This document shows, one piece after another, positions 13,493-26,402 of a stretch of DNA of 64,000 nucleotides (its first letter is position 1; each line of letters opens with the position of its first letter). The notes under the pieces are model-generated. The model saw nothing but the letters and a program-made list of their open reading frames with translations, had not been told where the DNA came from and did not search any database. Origin of the DNA: Owenia fusiformis (taxonomy: Eukaryota); the NCBI GenBank assembly GCA_903813345.2, contig CAIIXF020000001.1, positions 45,260,001 to 45,324,000 on the forward strand, read 5' to 3'. A program made the translations under genes and the position numbers.

Positions 13493-13689
13493 CAGGGCTG
13501 TCAACTTGGGACCACCTAATATGAGTGACTTCAAAATGTTGGACACCTAAGTCCAAATCTGAACACTTTTGTCCAAATTTTGAACACCTTTGGCCAACTT
13601 TTAAACACCTTTGGCCAAAGTTTGAGCACCTTTGCCAAACTTTGAACACCTCAAATTTTTCGCGCTCGCTACGCTCGCTTTGTCATCAA

Positions 13690-13721
<32 letters not shown>

Positions 13722-13996
13722 AGGTACGAAAAATTTCCAATGAACATGCGTGACATACGGGATTCGCGTGACAAATCCGAACAAATTGCGTTCGTTTTTT
13801 TCCGGCGTTTGTATTTTTACCGTATCGTAAACATATTTCGAAAAAATTTCTACAGAAATATTTTTGCGTGACAATTACCAGGTAAAATGCGTATTTTGCG
13901 TGACATTTTCTGTCACGCAAAAAAAACTGGCGTGACTTCAAATTCTTCAGCAAATGCGTGACAAATACGCAAATTGCGGGACAGTTGACAGGCCTG
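13493..13996. mobile_element. hAT-like MITE with 6-bp TSD (family also at 44247-44679 and, partially, 30360-30634)
   Basis: TIR CAGGGCTGTCAACT / AGTTGACAGGCCTG, TSD CAGATT, internal 21-bp repeats and a G30 tract at 13691-13720. Confidence 0.85.
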
Positions 13997-14174
13997 CAGA
14001 TTACTTACTTTTATTGAACATTGTATGGAAGTAACAATTAGGTTTTGATTTTTATGGAGCTTGTTTGTTGTAAAATAATTCACTGCATGGTTAAATAAAC
14101 TCAGGATTTCAGGAAATATTTACATGGGGAATCAAAAATTGTCTATATTTAATAAAACTGCTTTTATTTACAGC

Positions 14175-17100
14175 ATGGCAGTATTAGTAAGAAGATCTTT
14201 GTATCCTGCTGCTATTATACTTGACTTTCATAAAGGCACAAAATGTTTTACCACAACAGCACGATTAGAAACAGTAAGCCCCAAATGAATTTTCTTAACA
14301 ATTCAATATAAAGATTTTTGTGTCATCATTTTATACCATTATTTTATTCAGTGAATTTTGTCTTTCTGTGCTTTGAAGATAATTGCAAGAAGTGGTTGTT
14401 TTAGAGAATTACGACCTACTTTTGTAACCTTCTTGTAAAAATATTCTTGTCTCACTATTACAATGTTGCACACTACATGTATCTGTATACATGATCATTC
14501 GGGCATTTATTCATTAATCCATAAACATTCTATTTTACAGGGGGTAACATCAGATAATATTTTCTCACTAGAAAACAAAACCAGATGTTTGAAGCATTTG
14601 AATCAAGTCAAACCTGTAAGATGGCTACCAAAACATATCAACCCAGACACTTTGAGAAAGTCCAGTGTTTTAGTGCCATTCTGTACTGTGAAAGGGGAAC
14701 CATCAGTCATACTAACACTCAGGTCAAAGAAGCTAGCAAATCACAGTGGGGAAGTCAGGTAAATTTTGTGTCAGCTTCTACTGGAAGTGATCGTCTTTTG
14801 AAATCACATTTTAGTATCACTTATTTTAGACCATTCTTTTATGAGATAATGTAGGTGTGAAAAGAATCAGAATATATTCATGCAATGAATGTTGAAGGAA
14901 TTAAGTAAGACAAAAATAAAGTACATGTAATTTAATATTAAACAATTTGTAATGTCCATCATTCCAAAACCTTCATTATCAGTTAAGTCAAACCTTTATC
15001 TTTAACCTTATATTTGGTCATGATTTTTCAGTTGTAGAGTAAAAAGCCAGGTCACCCATTCCTCAATTTTATTCAAAAAGAATTAAATCTTGTTATACAG
15101 ATGAGTAATTAAAATTATAGTTTTCCAGGAGGCCTAATGGATGATACAGACAGGGATCACATCCACACTGCTCTCAGGGAGACAGAAGAGGAGTTGGGTC
15201 TTTCTCCAGATAATGTCGACATCTGGGGACAGCTGATTATGGTCCCAGGCAAGGTGAGGGAGTAATGGCCATAACACCAGCTTGTGTCAATGTGGGGAGG
15301 TCATCTTTTTAGCTCACATGGTGAGCTTTTGCAATCACCCACTTGTCCGTCTGTCTGTCTGTCTGTCCATCCGTCAACAATAGTGGCACATTTTAAAACC
15401 TCTGTCGATAGGATTCCTGTTTTAAAATATTTTTCTTCAATATAGATACAGAAAACCCCCTTATGACTCCTGGTTCAAAAGCTCACCTATATATTTTCAA
15501 AATGTTCACCATTTTTGTCTCGGGAAATCCACTTTTAGACCATTTGCTTTAAAACCTCTGTCAATAGGATTCCTGTTTTAAGTTATTTTTGTTCCACATC
15601 AATACAGAAAACCCCCCTATTACTCCTGGTTCAAAAGCTTGCCTATTTTCAAAATGGCCGCCATTTTGTTTTGCAAAATTTACTTTTGGACCATTTGGTA
15701 GCTTTATAAATACTGTAGAAAATCTGCGAAAAAATATATCCATTTTTTGTTTTCAACCATTTTAGCTATCATTGATTTGTCCAGTATAGTTAAATGAGAT
15801 AATTTTGTAAACAATTGCTTTTTAATTGTCTGCCATCTTACCCATCATTCACTTTTCTCTTTTTGAGCAACACCATGTGAGCCCGAGTACCGACGGTACT
15901 ATTTTTATTATAGTTTCAACTTCAAGGAAAAATTGTCAACATATGAATATTTTCACAAAAGAGTTTTAAAAAACGAATAAATGAAGCATGTCATCTACAC
16001 TGTTCCACAGCTGGATGACTCTAACTACAGTTAGCTTCATTCAAGATGGTTGCCGAGATTCTTTCGTTTTCGATAAACCTCCAATTTCAGCTATAAACTA
16101 AGCTGAATCTTGATTCCAAAAGTTTCGCCATGCAAATTGATAAAACTACGGTTGTATTCAACCACAAATGAATGCCCAACCACCCGCAATATTAGAGACT
16201 TTTAAAGAAAACAGCTTCATCTAGAAGCTGATGATCTACATCTGAGCATTTATTTGTGGTTATTTACTAGCTTTATTAATTTGCATGGCAAAACATTTGG
16301 AATCCAGATTCAACTTAGTTTAGCTGAAATCGGAGGTTCTAAGCTAACTGCAGTTAGAGTCATCCAGCTGTGGAACAGCCATCTAGGCTAATCAATGAAA
16401 TAGTTACTATTCTAGTGATTAATTGAACCCATGCATTTGTACATTGTTGTAGGATTACAAGATCTTGGTCGCTCCTGTAATAGGTGTCTGTGGAGAAATA
16501 GATGTAAATCAACTAAGACATAATGAAGATGAGGTACAGTTAATACATAAGGTTATGGGTCTAATAGGTCTTCTAGCCATTGCATCTCATGGTTACTAAC
16601 CTTCAATACAACAAAAATTGGAATTTATGATTTTGTATATACACTTGTAATATTTTCTAGTAAGTCAAATGGATATGATTTGGTATATTAAACCTAAATT
16701 AAAAAAAGTTTTTCCCATTCGTTTCACTTGGAATGCACATGTATTTTGTAAAAACTGCCATTTCTGACACTGCAAGGTTTGGAATAGGCCTTTAGGTCGA
16801 TGAGGAATGTGGGAACTAGAACGCAACTTTGTTTTATTGAGTATAGAATCGTATGGAAATATATGATAAGTAATGCAAAACATGGTGGTCAAGGCAAATC
16901 AAGATAAAGCTAGATGAACAAATCCCATCCCCCGTGATAATAGATCTCTAGTCAACCAATTTATTTGTATATTGATTTCAGGTGGAGGAAGTGTTTACAA
17001 GGACAATTAAATCTCTCTCTGATCCTGCCAATCAACTGACAATAAAGTATCCAAAAGGTTTTTCATTGCCTGAGTATCTAGGAGGACCACATAGGATATG

Positions 17101-17230
17101 GGGACTAACTGCTATTGTGCTACACCAGACATTATCTCTTATTGCTCCAGGGATTTACTCAAATTCATTCAAAATACCAGTCCCAATTGAAAAAAGCCTA
17201 TGGAAAATCATCTCCAATTATCACTATTGA
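14175..17230 (+). CDS. NUDT8: Nudix hydrolase 8-like CoA diphosphatase, 259 aa
   Basis: Exons 14175-14273, 14541-14758, 15121-15253, 16453-16533, 16982-17230. Motifs: SSVLVPFC, LTLRSKKLANHSGEVSFPGG (NuCoA), Nudix box GGLMDDTDRDHIHTALRETEEELG, RIWGLTAIVL. Confidence 0.92.
15309..15903 (+). mobile_element. HINE-like element, family 2 (NUDT8 intron 3)
   Basis: Reverse-complement homologue of 10154-11005 with (GTCT/GTCC)n near its start and the same subTIR pair. Confidence 0.75.
16000..16378. mobile_element. MITE with long TIRs
   Basis: CTGTTCCACAGCTGGATGACTCTAACTACAGTTAGCTT mirrored at ~16340-16378; further internal inverted segments. Confidence 0.75.
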
Positions 17231-19760
17231 TAATTAGTTGAAAGTTAGGTGTAAAAATTCACATGCAAATGAGCTAATTATCAACTTAATTAACGCTTAA
17301 TTTGCAACTTAATTAACGATTAACTACCATCAATATGCAAATGAGCTATTTGCGTAAATTAGTTGAAAGTTAGTTGTAAGTTTGATGTAAGTTAATCTCT
17401 AATTATCACCTAACTTACTATTGATAATTAGTTGAAAGTTAGGTTTAAGTCAGATTTGTGACATCTCAAAAATGACTCGCTTCTTTTTTGCTTCTCTTCA
17501 CTCGGAGATTTTTGCTTCATCTTGAACTATTTTGTGACGGAATATTCATCTTAATTAGGATCTTTCAGAACAGACAACATTGAACTTGAACTATTGAAAT
17601 TTCACAGCAACAGGAGGGAAAACCCCATGATTCAATTGATGACATACGATTTCCTCCTTCGCACACCTCCTTTTGTCGAAAACGTACCCTCCATCTTGGT
17701 TTTCAAAGTTTTCAAATTGACCTAGTTTTAAACCAATCAACGATCGACTCGCTAAACCAATCAGCGACGATGTCATCTCAATACAGATTTACATTATAAG
17801 CGTATGTCATCTTTGAACCCTGGGGTTTCTCCCCCTCTTTTTTAAAGCTATTCTATTTTGCAAATTTTTAAGATTCATGAAAAGCATGTGAAAACATCAT
17901 TATTGCCATCAACAACTAAAATCAGAACACAAACATTAGATTGCATTCTAGGATTAATACTAGATGATGGCAACTCCGCGGAGTAGCAAATCCCAACGAA
18001 CAAAATATCAATTACCGAATTCCAATCAATTATACTCGTTACTTTGGTTAAAATTGAAAAATTTAGATTTTAGAATTGCGAATTCCTGCAAAGCAGCCAT
18101 TTTGAATTTTCTGAGGTACAAATCTGAAAAATAATACCATAATTGTGATCTACTCTAAAATTCCTTCAATTTGAGTATTATATAGCCATACGTTGAAGGG
18201 ATCGAAAAATTATTGCGAAATCGTACAACAGACGGCCATTTTGAATTTTACGAGGCTCGAATCAGAAAAAAGATACAATATTTGCAATCTACTCTTAATT
18301 GCCTTTGATTTGAGTATAATAAAGCTATACTTCAGAAAGATCTAAAAATTAGCGAAAATTTCTGTTTTCCTGACCCCCCATACACGGCCCCTGGGGGTCA
18401 GGATGAAAAACAATGAATATATGTGGAATGGATAGATGTTGCGAATATACTACCAAAATTTCAAACAATAATATTAATTACTTTGGTTTAGAATGAAAAA
18501 TTTATGATTTTTGCGAAAAAGTCCCGTCATTTTTAAAGCGGCGGCCATCTTGAAAAAATCCATTTTGAATTTTCTGAGGTACAAATCTGAAAAATATTAC
18601 CATAATTGTGATCTACTTCAAAATTCCTTCAATTTGAGTATTATATAGCCATACTTTGAAGGGATTGAAAAATTATTGCGAAATCGTACATTAGACGGCC
18701 ATTTTGAATTTTACGAGGCTCGAATCAGAAAAAAGATACAATATTTGCAATCTACTCTTAATTGCCTTTCATTTGAGTATAGTAAAGCTATACTTCAGAA
18801 AGATCTAAAAATTAGCGAAAATATCTGTTTTCCTGACCCCCCATACACGGCCCCTGGGGGTCAGGATGAAAAACACTGAATATATGTGAAATAGAAAGAT
18901 GTTGCGAATATACTACCAAAATTTCAAACAATAATATTAATTACTTTGGTTTAGAATGAAAAAATTATGATTTTTGCGAAAAAGTCCCGTCAGTTTGAAA
19001 GCGGCGGCCATCTTGAAAAAATTTTTTTTGCGTAAAACTATTCATCAATATACATCTTTTCACCAAATATGAAGAAAATCCGTCAACTAATATTTGAGTT
19101 ATCTTCCGGACGGACAGACGGACGGACGGACGGACGGACTGACGGACGGACGGACGGAGGGCTTCACTATATCCCTACCGAACTTCGTTCGTTGGGATAA
19201 TTATATGATCTGATTCAATAAGATTTTAAATTCATAAACATACAGACAGAAGTGTGAATAAGATTTAACATACATTGTATTCATGTTCTACATACCCTTA
19301 TAATAATGTTGACCAAATTTCATGGTAGTATACGCACCATTCACGTTGTAATTCTCAATTTTATGAGAGAAATATCTCTCACATGTTTTCTTTTTCCACC
19401 ATCTTGAAATTAAATTTAGGGGGTTTGTATTTCTAAATCATGGGCCTAATTTACGACTAATTATCATTATAATCATCCTATATGTTAACTATCAACCAAT
19501 AGTCTACTTCAGAACAAAAACGTTTTAATTTACCACTTACTATCACCCTCAAACATTTCATATCTTAATTATCAACTAAAAATCATAAATCAGCATTATT
19601 GTAAGTTAATTTACGTTGAACTTGCTACTGATAATTAGGCCATAATTATCATTGATTTAATTAACGCTTAACTTTAATTCCAATTGCCAGCAGAATTGTT
19701 GATAATTAGTTGTAAATTAGTTGGTAATAAGTTGGTAATTAGTTTTATTTTTCAATTGGG
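17182..19760. mobile_element. Putative non-autonomous DNA transposon overlapping the NUDT8 3' end
   Basis: 13-bp TIR CCCAATTGAAAAA (17182-17194) / TTTTTCAATTGGG (19748-19760), with clusters of GATAATTAGTTG-type motifs near both ends. No clear TSD. Confidence 0.6.
17958..19202 (-). mobile_element. HINE-like element, family 3, nested in 17182-19760
   Basis: SubTIR ATCCCAACGAAC (17990) / GTTCGTTGGGAT (19187), (GGAC)n ~19108-19157, ~464-bp internal direct duplication (~18096 and ~18560). Confidence 0.75.
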
Positions 19761-20193
19761 TGATAGTTAATATTGACAAGCCCAGATTGCAAATTCTGAG
19801 TTTCTATGCGTGCTCTCATCTCTGGTGAATAGGAGATTGAAATTTTTGACATGCATTTATTTGTATGGCTTGTGGTGCTATCATACACTGTATCACTTTA
19901 AAGCCAGTGTATTTGAAACTATCTAATTTAAGCTGTTATTTCAAATAGTGTGTAAATCCTGTGATAATTTTGAATGATCTCTCCGAGGTATTTTAACAGT
20001 TAGATGCAGTATTTTTTTAAAGCTCACATAGTCATATGCAAAGAAACATTTAAAATGCATTATTTTAATTATTATTGCAATTATTTATTTATGTCAAATC
20101 AAAGGAATTACAAGAAATATCAATATGAAATGAACTCTTTTGAGTTTAGTTCAATTTCTAAACTAAATGTAGTGCTGTTATCAGCTCATATCT

Positions 20194-23100
20194 CTAGCCA
20201 AGTCGCAGCTCCACTGGGTAATGGTCACTCACTCTCAAAGCCTTAAAGGGAGATTCAGATATACAAAGTAACTTCCAAACACAAAAATAACTATTACGAT
20301 AATGTTTTAAAAATATTTACATTACATAAATGAACTACATGTGTCGTTCAATTCAAATTCAGTTTAATTTATTCACTGTACATAAAAATATGTTCTAAGA
20401 CTAAGACCCTATATCGAAGCTTCTGATTGCGTTGAAAGAGCGAATCTCTTGTGAGATGCCTGAACTGACAGACCAAAAGTCTAGCTTCAAGTCCTTTTTC
20501 TCAAAGATTCTTGTACTTACCGGTAATATAAAATATTAAATCCATTTCCTATGTGACACAGCCTTAACAGTGTACACAGTAAAAACCCATGTGACTTACC
20601 TCAGTGTATGAGAGACCATATGCTGTATCAAACCTGAACACTGTCGGACTCCCTGCAACCACTGATGACTTGAGAGCGTCACCAGCCACAATAAATCTAC
20701 AATGAAGGTACATATACATGTAAACATTTATGTAATGACCTTCGATAGCAAGTCGCTACTACAGTCTCAGCTGTAGTGGCTAGCCTTTATGGCTCAGGGG
20801 TAGAGCGTCTGACTCAAGAGCGGAAGGTCCTGGTTCAGTTCCCGTATAGGGCATTGAATTTAGCACACTCTCTTTCGAGTCTAGTATCTGGCTCGGTACA
20901 CTACAGCTCCCTGACGGACGTGCCCAAGGGTCGTTACATTGGTGTCAGATGTGGGATTGCTCTTGTGAATCAGTTACGACGGGACGTCGTCTTCTCTGCT
21001 TTTCATAAGCACAATCAAAAATGAGCTTGTTTACAATAAACACAATCAAAAATATATTTACCTGTCATAGGCACAGTCAGTGTTTGAAACAGTTGTGTCG
21101 GCTCCATTTCCAATAAGCCAGTAAAATGTCGGGTCAGTCCACAGATCAATATAGTTCCAATCTGAGGCCCTTACATAATTACAGGCAGCATTCAGGTCTC
21201 CCCCAATCAACATGTTCTGAAAAGAACAACATCCAATTACCCTGAACCCCATTGGCTAGCCTTTAAAAAACGATGTCTAAATCCCCTCGAAAAATATTTC
21301 CAAAACTTGCACACATTGTTATGTAATATTATATATATATATCTTATGTAATATTATTATTATATTTTAATAAATTTAATAACAAGCAAAACAGATGTTT
21401 TGTTTGTTTTGTGCAACAAAGCTTTGGTAAACACGTGCGTGTGATAAACATAAATAACTTTATGATGCAACATTTGATTTCCCTATTTTAAGAAATTGTC
21501 AAATGTTTTTTTTCTTGTCACCTCTTCTCCAAAGATGTCACTTGATTCATAGTAAACATCAGCCAAGTTATCTATTTCAGCCACTGCATCTGATGGTTTG
21601 ACATGGATACCAAGGTACACAAAATCAGGAATATCTGTGGATGACATACGCATATAATATAAACATTAAAATGAAATATATGTTTCAAAATGTTTGAAGG
21701 AATGTTTCTACTAATTTAAATCAGCTATAGTAAGTGACTTACCAGAGCTCTGAGATCTGAACAAAACCATGAAAGGTGCCCTCTCAAAGACATCAAATGG
21801 ATCATTGTATTGGTGAGTCCTTTGTACCCTCAATGCACTTGTTCTACAACAATATTATAAAACCATGAAACGTGCCCTCTCAAAGACATCAAATGGATCA
21901 TTGTATTGGTGAGTCCTTTGTACCCTCAATGCACTTGTTCTACAACAATATTACAAAACCATGAAACGTGCCCTCTCAAAGACATCAAATGGATCATTGT
22001 ATTGGTGAGTCCTTTGTACCCTCAATGCACTTGTTCTACAACAATATTACAAAACCATGAAATGTGCCCTCTCAAAGACATCAAATAGATCACTGTATTG
22101 GTGAGTCCTTTGTACCCTCAATGCACTTGTTCTACAACAATATTACAAAACCATGAAACGTGCCCTCTCAAAGACATCAAATGGATCATTGTATTGGTGA
22201 GTCCTTTGTAGTTGTACCCTCAATGTACTTGTTCTGCAACAATATTACAAAACCATGAAAGTGCCCTCTCAAAGACATCAAATGGATCATTGTATTGGTG
22301 AGTCCTTTGTACCCTCAATGCACTTGTTCTACAACAATATTACAAAACCATGAAATGTGCCCTCTCAAAGACATCAAATGGATCACTGTATTGGTGAGTC
22401 CTTTGTACCCTCAATGCACTTGTTCTACAACAATATTACAAAACCATGAAACATGCCCTCTCAAAGACATCAAATGGATCACTGTATTGGTGAGTCCTTT
22501 GTACCCTCAATGCACTTGTTCTACAACAATATTACAAAACCATGAAACGTGCCCTCTCAAAGACATCAAATGGATCATTGTATTGGTGAGTCCTTTGTAC
22601 CCTCAATCCTCTGTTCTACAACAATATTACAAAACCATGAAACGTGCCCTCTCAAAGACAACAAATGGATCACTGTATTGGTGAGTCCATTGTACCCTCA
22701 ATGCACTTGTTCTACTACAATATTACAAAACCATGAAACGTGCCCTCTCAAAGACATCAAATGGATCATTGTATTGGTGAGTCCTTTGTACCCTCAATGC
22801 ACTTGTTCTACAACAATATTACAAAACCATGAAACGTGCCCTCTCAAAGACAACAAATGGATCACTGTATTGGTGAGTCCATTGTACCCTCAATGCACTT
22901 GTTCTACTACAATATTACAAAACCATGAAACGTGCCCTCTCAAAGACATCAAATGGATCATTGTATTGGTGAGTCCGTTGTACCCTCAATGCACTTGTTC
23001 TACAATACAACAAAATAGCTAGGACATCTTTTTGAAGTATTTTGTGGATGTTTTATTCAATGAAGATATTTGAAAGATTGAATCAGTTTGAAGCTGTTAT

Positions 23101-24735
23101 GAGCTGTTTGAAGAATTGCAACCCCAAAAGCATGGTCTGAGTCATTTTCCAAACAATTCCTGCTAAACAGACACCTGTACTGGAGCCTAACATATTTTTG
23201 TAAGTGCCAGCAATTAGGGTAAAAAGTATAAAGTGGAGGGAGATACCAAAACATTTTCATGAAATGGAGTCAGAAAAGAGGTATAATTCTAAGAGCAAAA
23301 AATACCATAACTATAATTTTAATCTCAACTTGTCTCTTTCCATTTATCAGTCCTCCTACATGTGGGGTAAACCTACCTGTAGAAGAAAGCATATTGCTCC
23401 TTAGAACTGGTTCTCCCAAGTCTTTCACTTAGCTCCATCTGCCAATCTCCACCTCCCTTATTAACATCAGCCAGTAGTTGGTGTATTGCAGTGTTAGAGA
23501 TATCTCTGATTTCTTGGATAATGACAACATCATACCTGTTGATAACCTGTTAAGGGCATCCAAAATGTTCCAGTACGAGAATCATATTTGTTAGGTTACT
23601 TATTTTTGAATATACACAATTTTTGACCATTGTGCTCCATCATGACATCTTATACCATATTTTTCATCTGTTGTGTAGACAACTTTGAACAGTTAGATAT
23701 GCAGGGTTAATTTTTTTTCTTCCTTATTGTAAAATAATTTTAACAGCAACATGACAAAATATCAACACCTGGAGACTTACAGTTACAAAACTATAACAAT
23801 TTATAAGAGAATGGCCATATATAACTTATATATAACCTAGAGCTATAACTGACCTATTATTTTTGATATCATCCATTATCATTTTTATGTCACCACCAGA
23901 AGTGATGACATATTGTTATAGCCTCCAACTATTTTGTAGATGGTGTTTGGTGGTTGGTGTCTGTAACAAATTGCATTCAGCAGACAGTGTTTGTAACAAA
24001 TGGCAGGTGGTGACATTTTACATGTTAATGCCATAAATGTGTAAAGCAATCCCTATTCCCACAATGATATGGGTTGTGAACTTGTGATTAATGATAAAAA
24101 TATCCTAGAAAGTGTGCAAGTTCATGATGAGCTACAAGGTAGACAACAAATCATGAGAGTTTGTGTAAAAATAAAGGCACACTTTACTATTAATTAATGA
24201 AAAACTATTTTCTCTTATGAATATTGAATCAAATCATTTTATATTGAGACATGAGCTAAATCGCAAAAGGATGTAATGCAGGATCCCTAAGAGCATCTTC
24301 TTGTCTACATGACAAATGAGACAATGTAAGTTGCTGCATGGAGAATAGTTACCTGATCAAAATCTGTATTGTTCAACTTTTGTTGAATTAAAAATCACTT
24401 CTGTTTTTTATCGATTTCTGATAAAATTAATAAATCAAATTAAATCATTTTAAAATCTAGTGGTGGCCCTACTTTGTTGGTTAAAGTTTTAAAAATGTAG
24501 AGCATAATGCCTACAGAGTACATACCTGGACTAAAATGTCCACAACTTCAGGTTTGCTCATTTTGCTGACTCCAAACACCTGAATATTCCAAGCAGAAAC
24601 ATATATCTCAGATTTCAATATCTCCACCTCAAGATTGTGATACCTCTTTGAAGATTCCAGGGATTTACCCAAAGCATTCTGAGTTGATGACAATATCAGG
24701 CACAAAGTACAAAATGCAAAAACTTTGAAAGCCAT
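20194..24735 (-). CDS. Deoxyribonuclease I family protein with signal peptide, 297 aa
   Basis: Exons 24526-24735, 23377-23546, 21743-21843, 21522-21634, 21062-21216, 20600-20696, 20194-20241. Motifs: SAWNIQVFG, IQEIRD, RLGRTSSKEQYAFFYR, GIHVKP (catalytic His), GDLNAACNY, DTTVSNTDCAYDRFIV, VSDHYPVE. Paralog identity not assignable. Confidence 0.95.
20783..21050 (+). mobile_element. tRNA-derived SINE in DNase I intron 5
   Basis: tRNA-like head with A box TGGCTCAGGGG and B-box-like GGTTCAGTTCC, imperfect stems, then a ~200-bp unrelated body and an A-rich tail. Confidence 0.7.
21763..23004. repeat. 13 x 96-bp tandem array derived from the DNase I exon-3 acceptor and exon
   Basis: CCATGAAA recurs at ~21767, 21863, 21959, 22055, 22151, 22253, 22348, 22444, 22540, 22635, 22731, 22827 and 22923. 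The lowest-coordinate copy is part of the coding exon. Confidence 0.97.
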
Positions 24736-26402
24736 TTTGGTTCAGTTGATTGAATTATTTCAATTGTCAAGAAGTTCCCATAAGTCTTGATTATATAGGG
24801 TTTCAAATGAGATAAGGCGCCATCTCATGTTTCAGAGTAAATCCTACATGTGATCATTACTTTAGTCTTGTAGTTGGTTGACATTAAATGGTTTTATTTT
24901 CCATTCAATGTAGATTTAGAAGTTGGTTTGTACTCACTGCTTAGTGCTTTTTGCACTGCCAAAAATGCTTTTTCTCAAGGGTGCTTAGACTGTTAAGTCT
25001 ACATTTAATAAAATTAATTATGTAGAATTCAGAACGAAACGTTTGAGACATCCCCCAACAAGCATGGGAAACTGCAGGAATGTTTCAAGTGATCAGTTAT
25101 GGACAAGGCATGTCTTTATATCTATCTCTAACAATAAATGTGTGACATTGATAACATCTTGTATTCTAGTGATGTATGTACCATAAGTGATATGTAGGGT
25201 GAACTTGAGGCCTCTTGCAAGAAATGTCCTTGTTCCAAGAGAAAATAAGACATTAACATGCTAATTGTCGCCACCTGCCATTTGTTACAAATGCTGACCG
25301 CCATGATTTGTTAAAGACCTCAACCGTCAAATACCATCCACAACAAGTCATGTTACCACTTATGGTTGTGATATTAAAACTACAAAATGAAGATTTCAGT
25401 TATTGGAGGATGAAAAGTATTTTTCAAAAAAGTATTCAAAGTATCATAACAGCATGTTCATCCACCCAGTAAAACTTGAATTTATTGTGCTAGCACTATT
25501 GGAGTATCAACTTTTTTAAAATTTGATGAAAATCTAATTAATTTCCATAGAAATCTCTTTTAGAAAAAGTGCATATATATAAGAGTCATATTATCTTCTT
25601 GTAGATCTATTTTAATAATTCTCTTGCTCCACTCACTTGTGAAGAAACTAATAAAAATCATTTCACCTCAGTCATCAACTTTATATAAACAGTAGATCTA
25701 TGCACATATTGTTTCTTAAAATCTTTTATTTTTTATTCATTCTTTAACAGTATACATGTACATCATCTGATCATGCATATACTTAAACAAAATATAATCA
25801 GTACAGTGTTGATTTTAATCACATTGTCTCCCGAAGGAGAAGGTTGACAACACTTTTATAGTTCTCCTGCATTCAATAAACAAGGCATTAACATGCAAAA
25901 TATCATCACCTGCCATTTGTTACAGATGCTGACCATCGGACACCAACCACCAAATACTATCCACAAATAATTTGAAGACCATAACATTATGTCATCACTT
26001 GTGGCGTTGACATTAAAAGTATTCTAATGGAAAGACAGGTCACTTACATTATATAATACATGTCTTCAATTGAAAGTTGGTGGAACCTTTTTACTTCCAA
26101 CCATACTTTTCATGAAACATCAACATTTTAATCACTCTAACCTGACAACTGAACAAGGGCTTAAAATGTCCCAAAAATAAAGCCAATTTGCATTGTCAAA
26201 ATGTGGAGATTATGAGGTGAATTTCCAGCACAAGAAATATTCTGGCCTGAGAAAGAGGAACACATGTATTCTATAAAATTGATCTAAATCCATCTGGTGG
26301 AAAAATATGTTGGATTAGGATGCTTCAAAATTAACATTTTATTTTGTATGAGAAGTAGGCCTAATGAAAAAATATAAAACCTCAATTTGTTAATCTTAAT
26401 TA

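Noticed and set aside
13525..13953. Poly-Gly/poly-Pro ORFs (also 58909-59187) and poly-Leu ORF 55500-55685
   Set aside because: Translations of G/C homopolymers in MITEs and of a TTG microsatellite.
20783..20856. Possible tRNA gene
   Set aside because: Acceptor and anticodon stems are imperfect and it runs into a SINE-like body and tail.
21763..23004. CRISPR-like regular array / plus-strand repeat-protein ORFs (VSPLYPQCTCSTTILQNHE...)
   Set aside because: No unique spacers or cas genes, and the context is eukaryotic. The ORFs are the antisense reading of the amplified DNase I exon, whose unit length is a multiple of 3.
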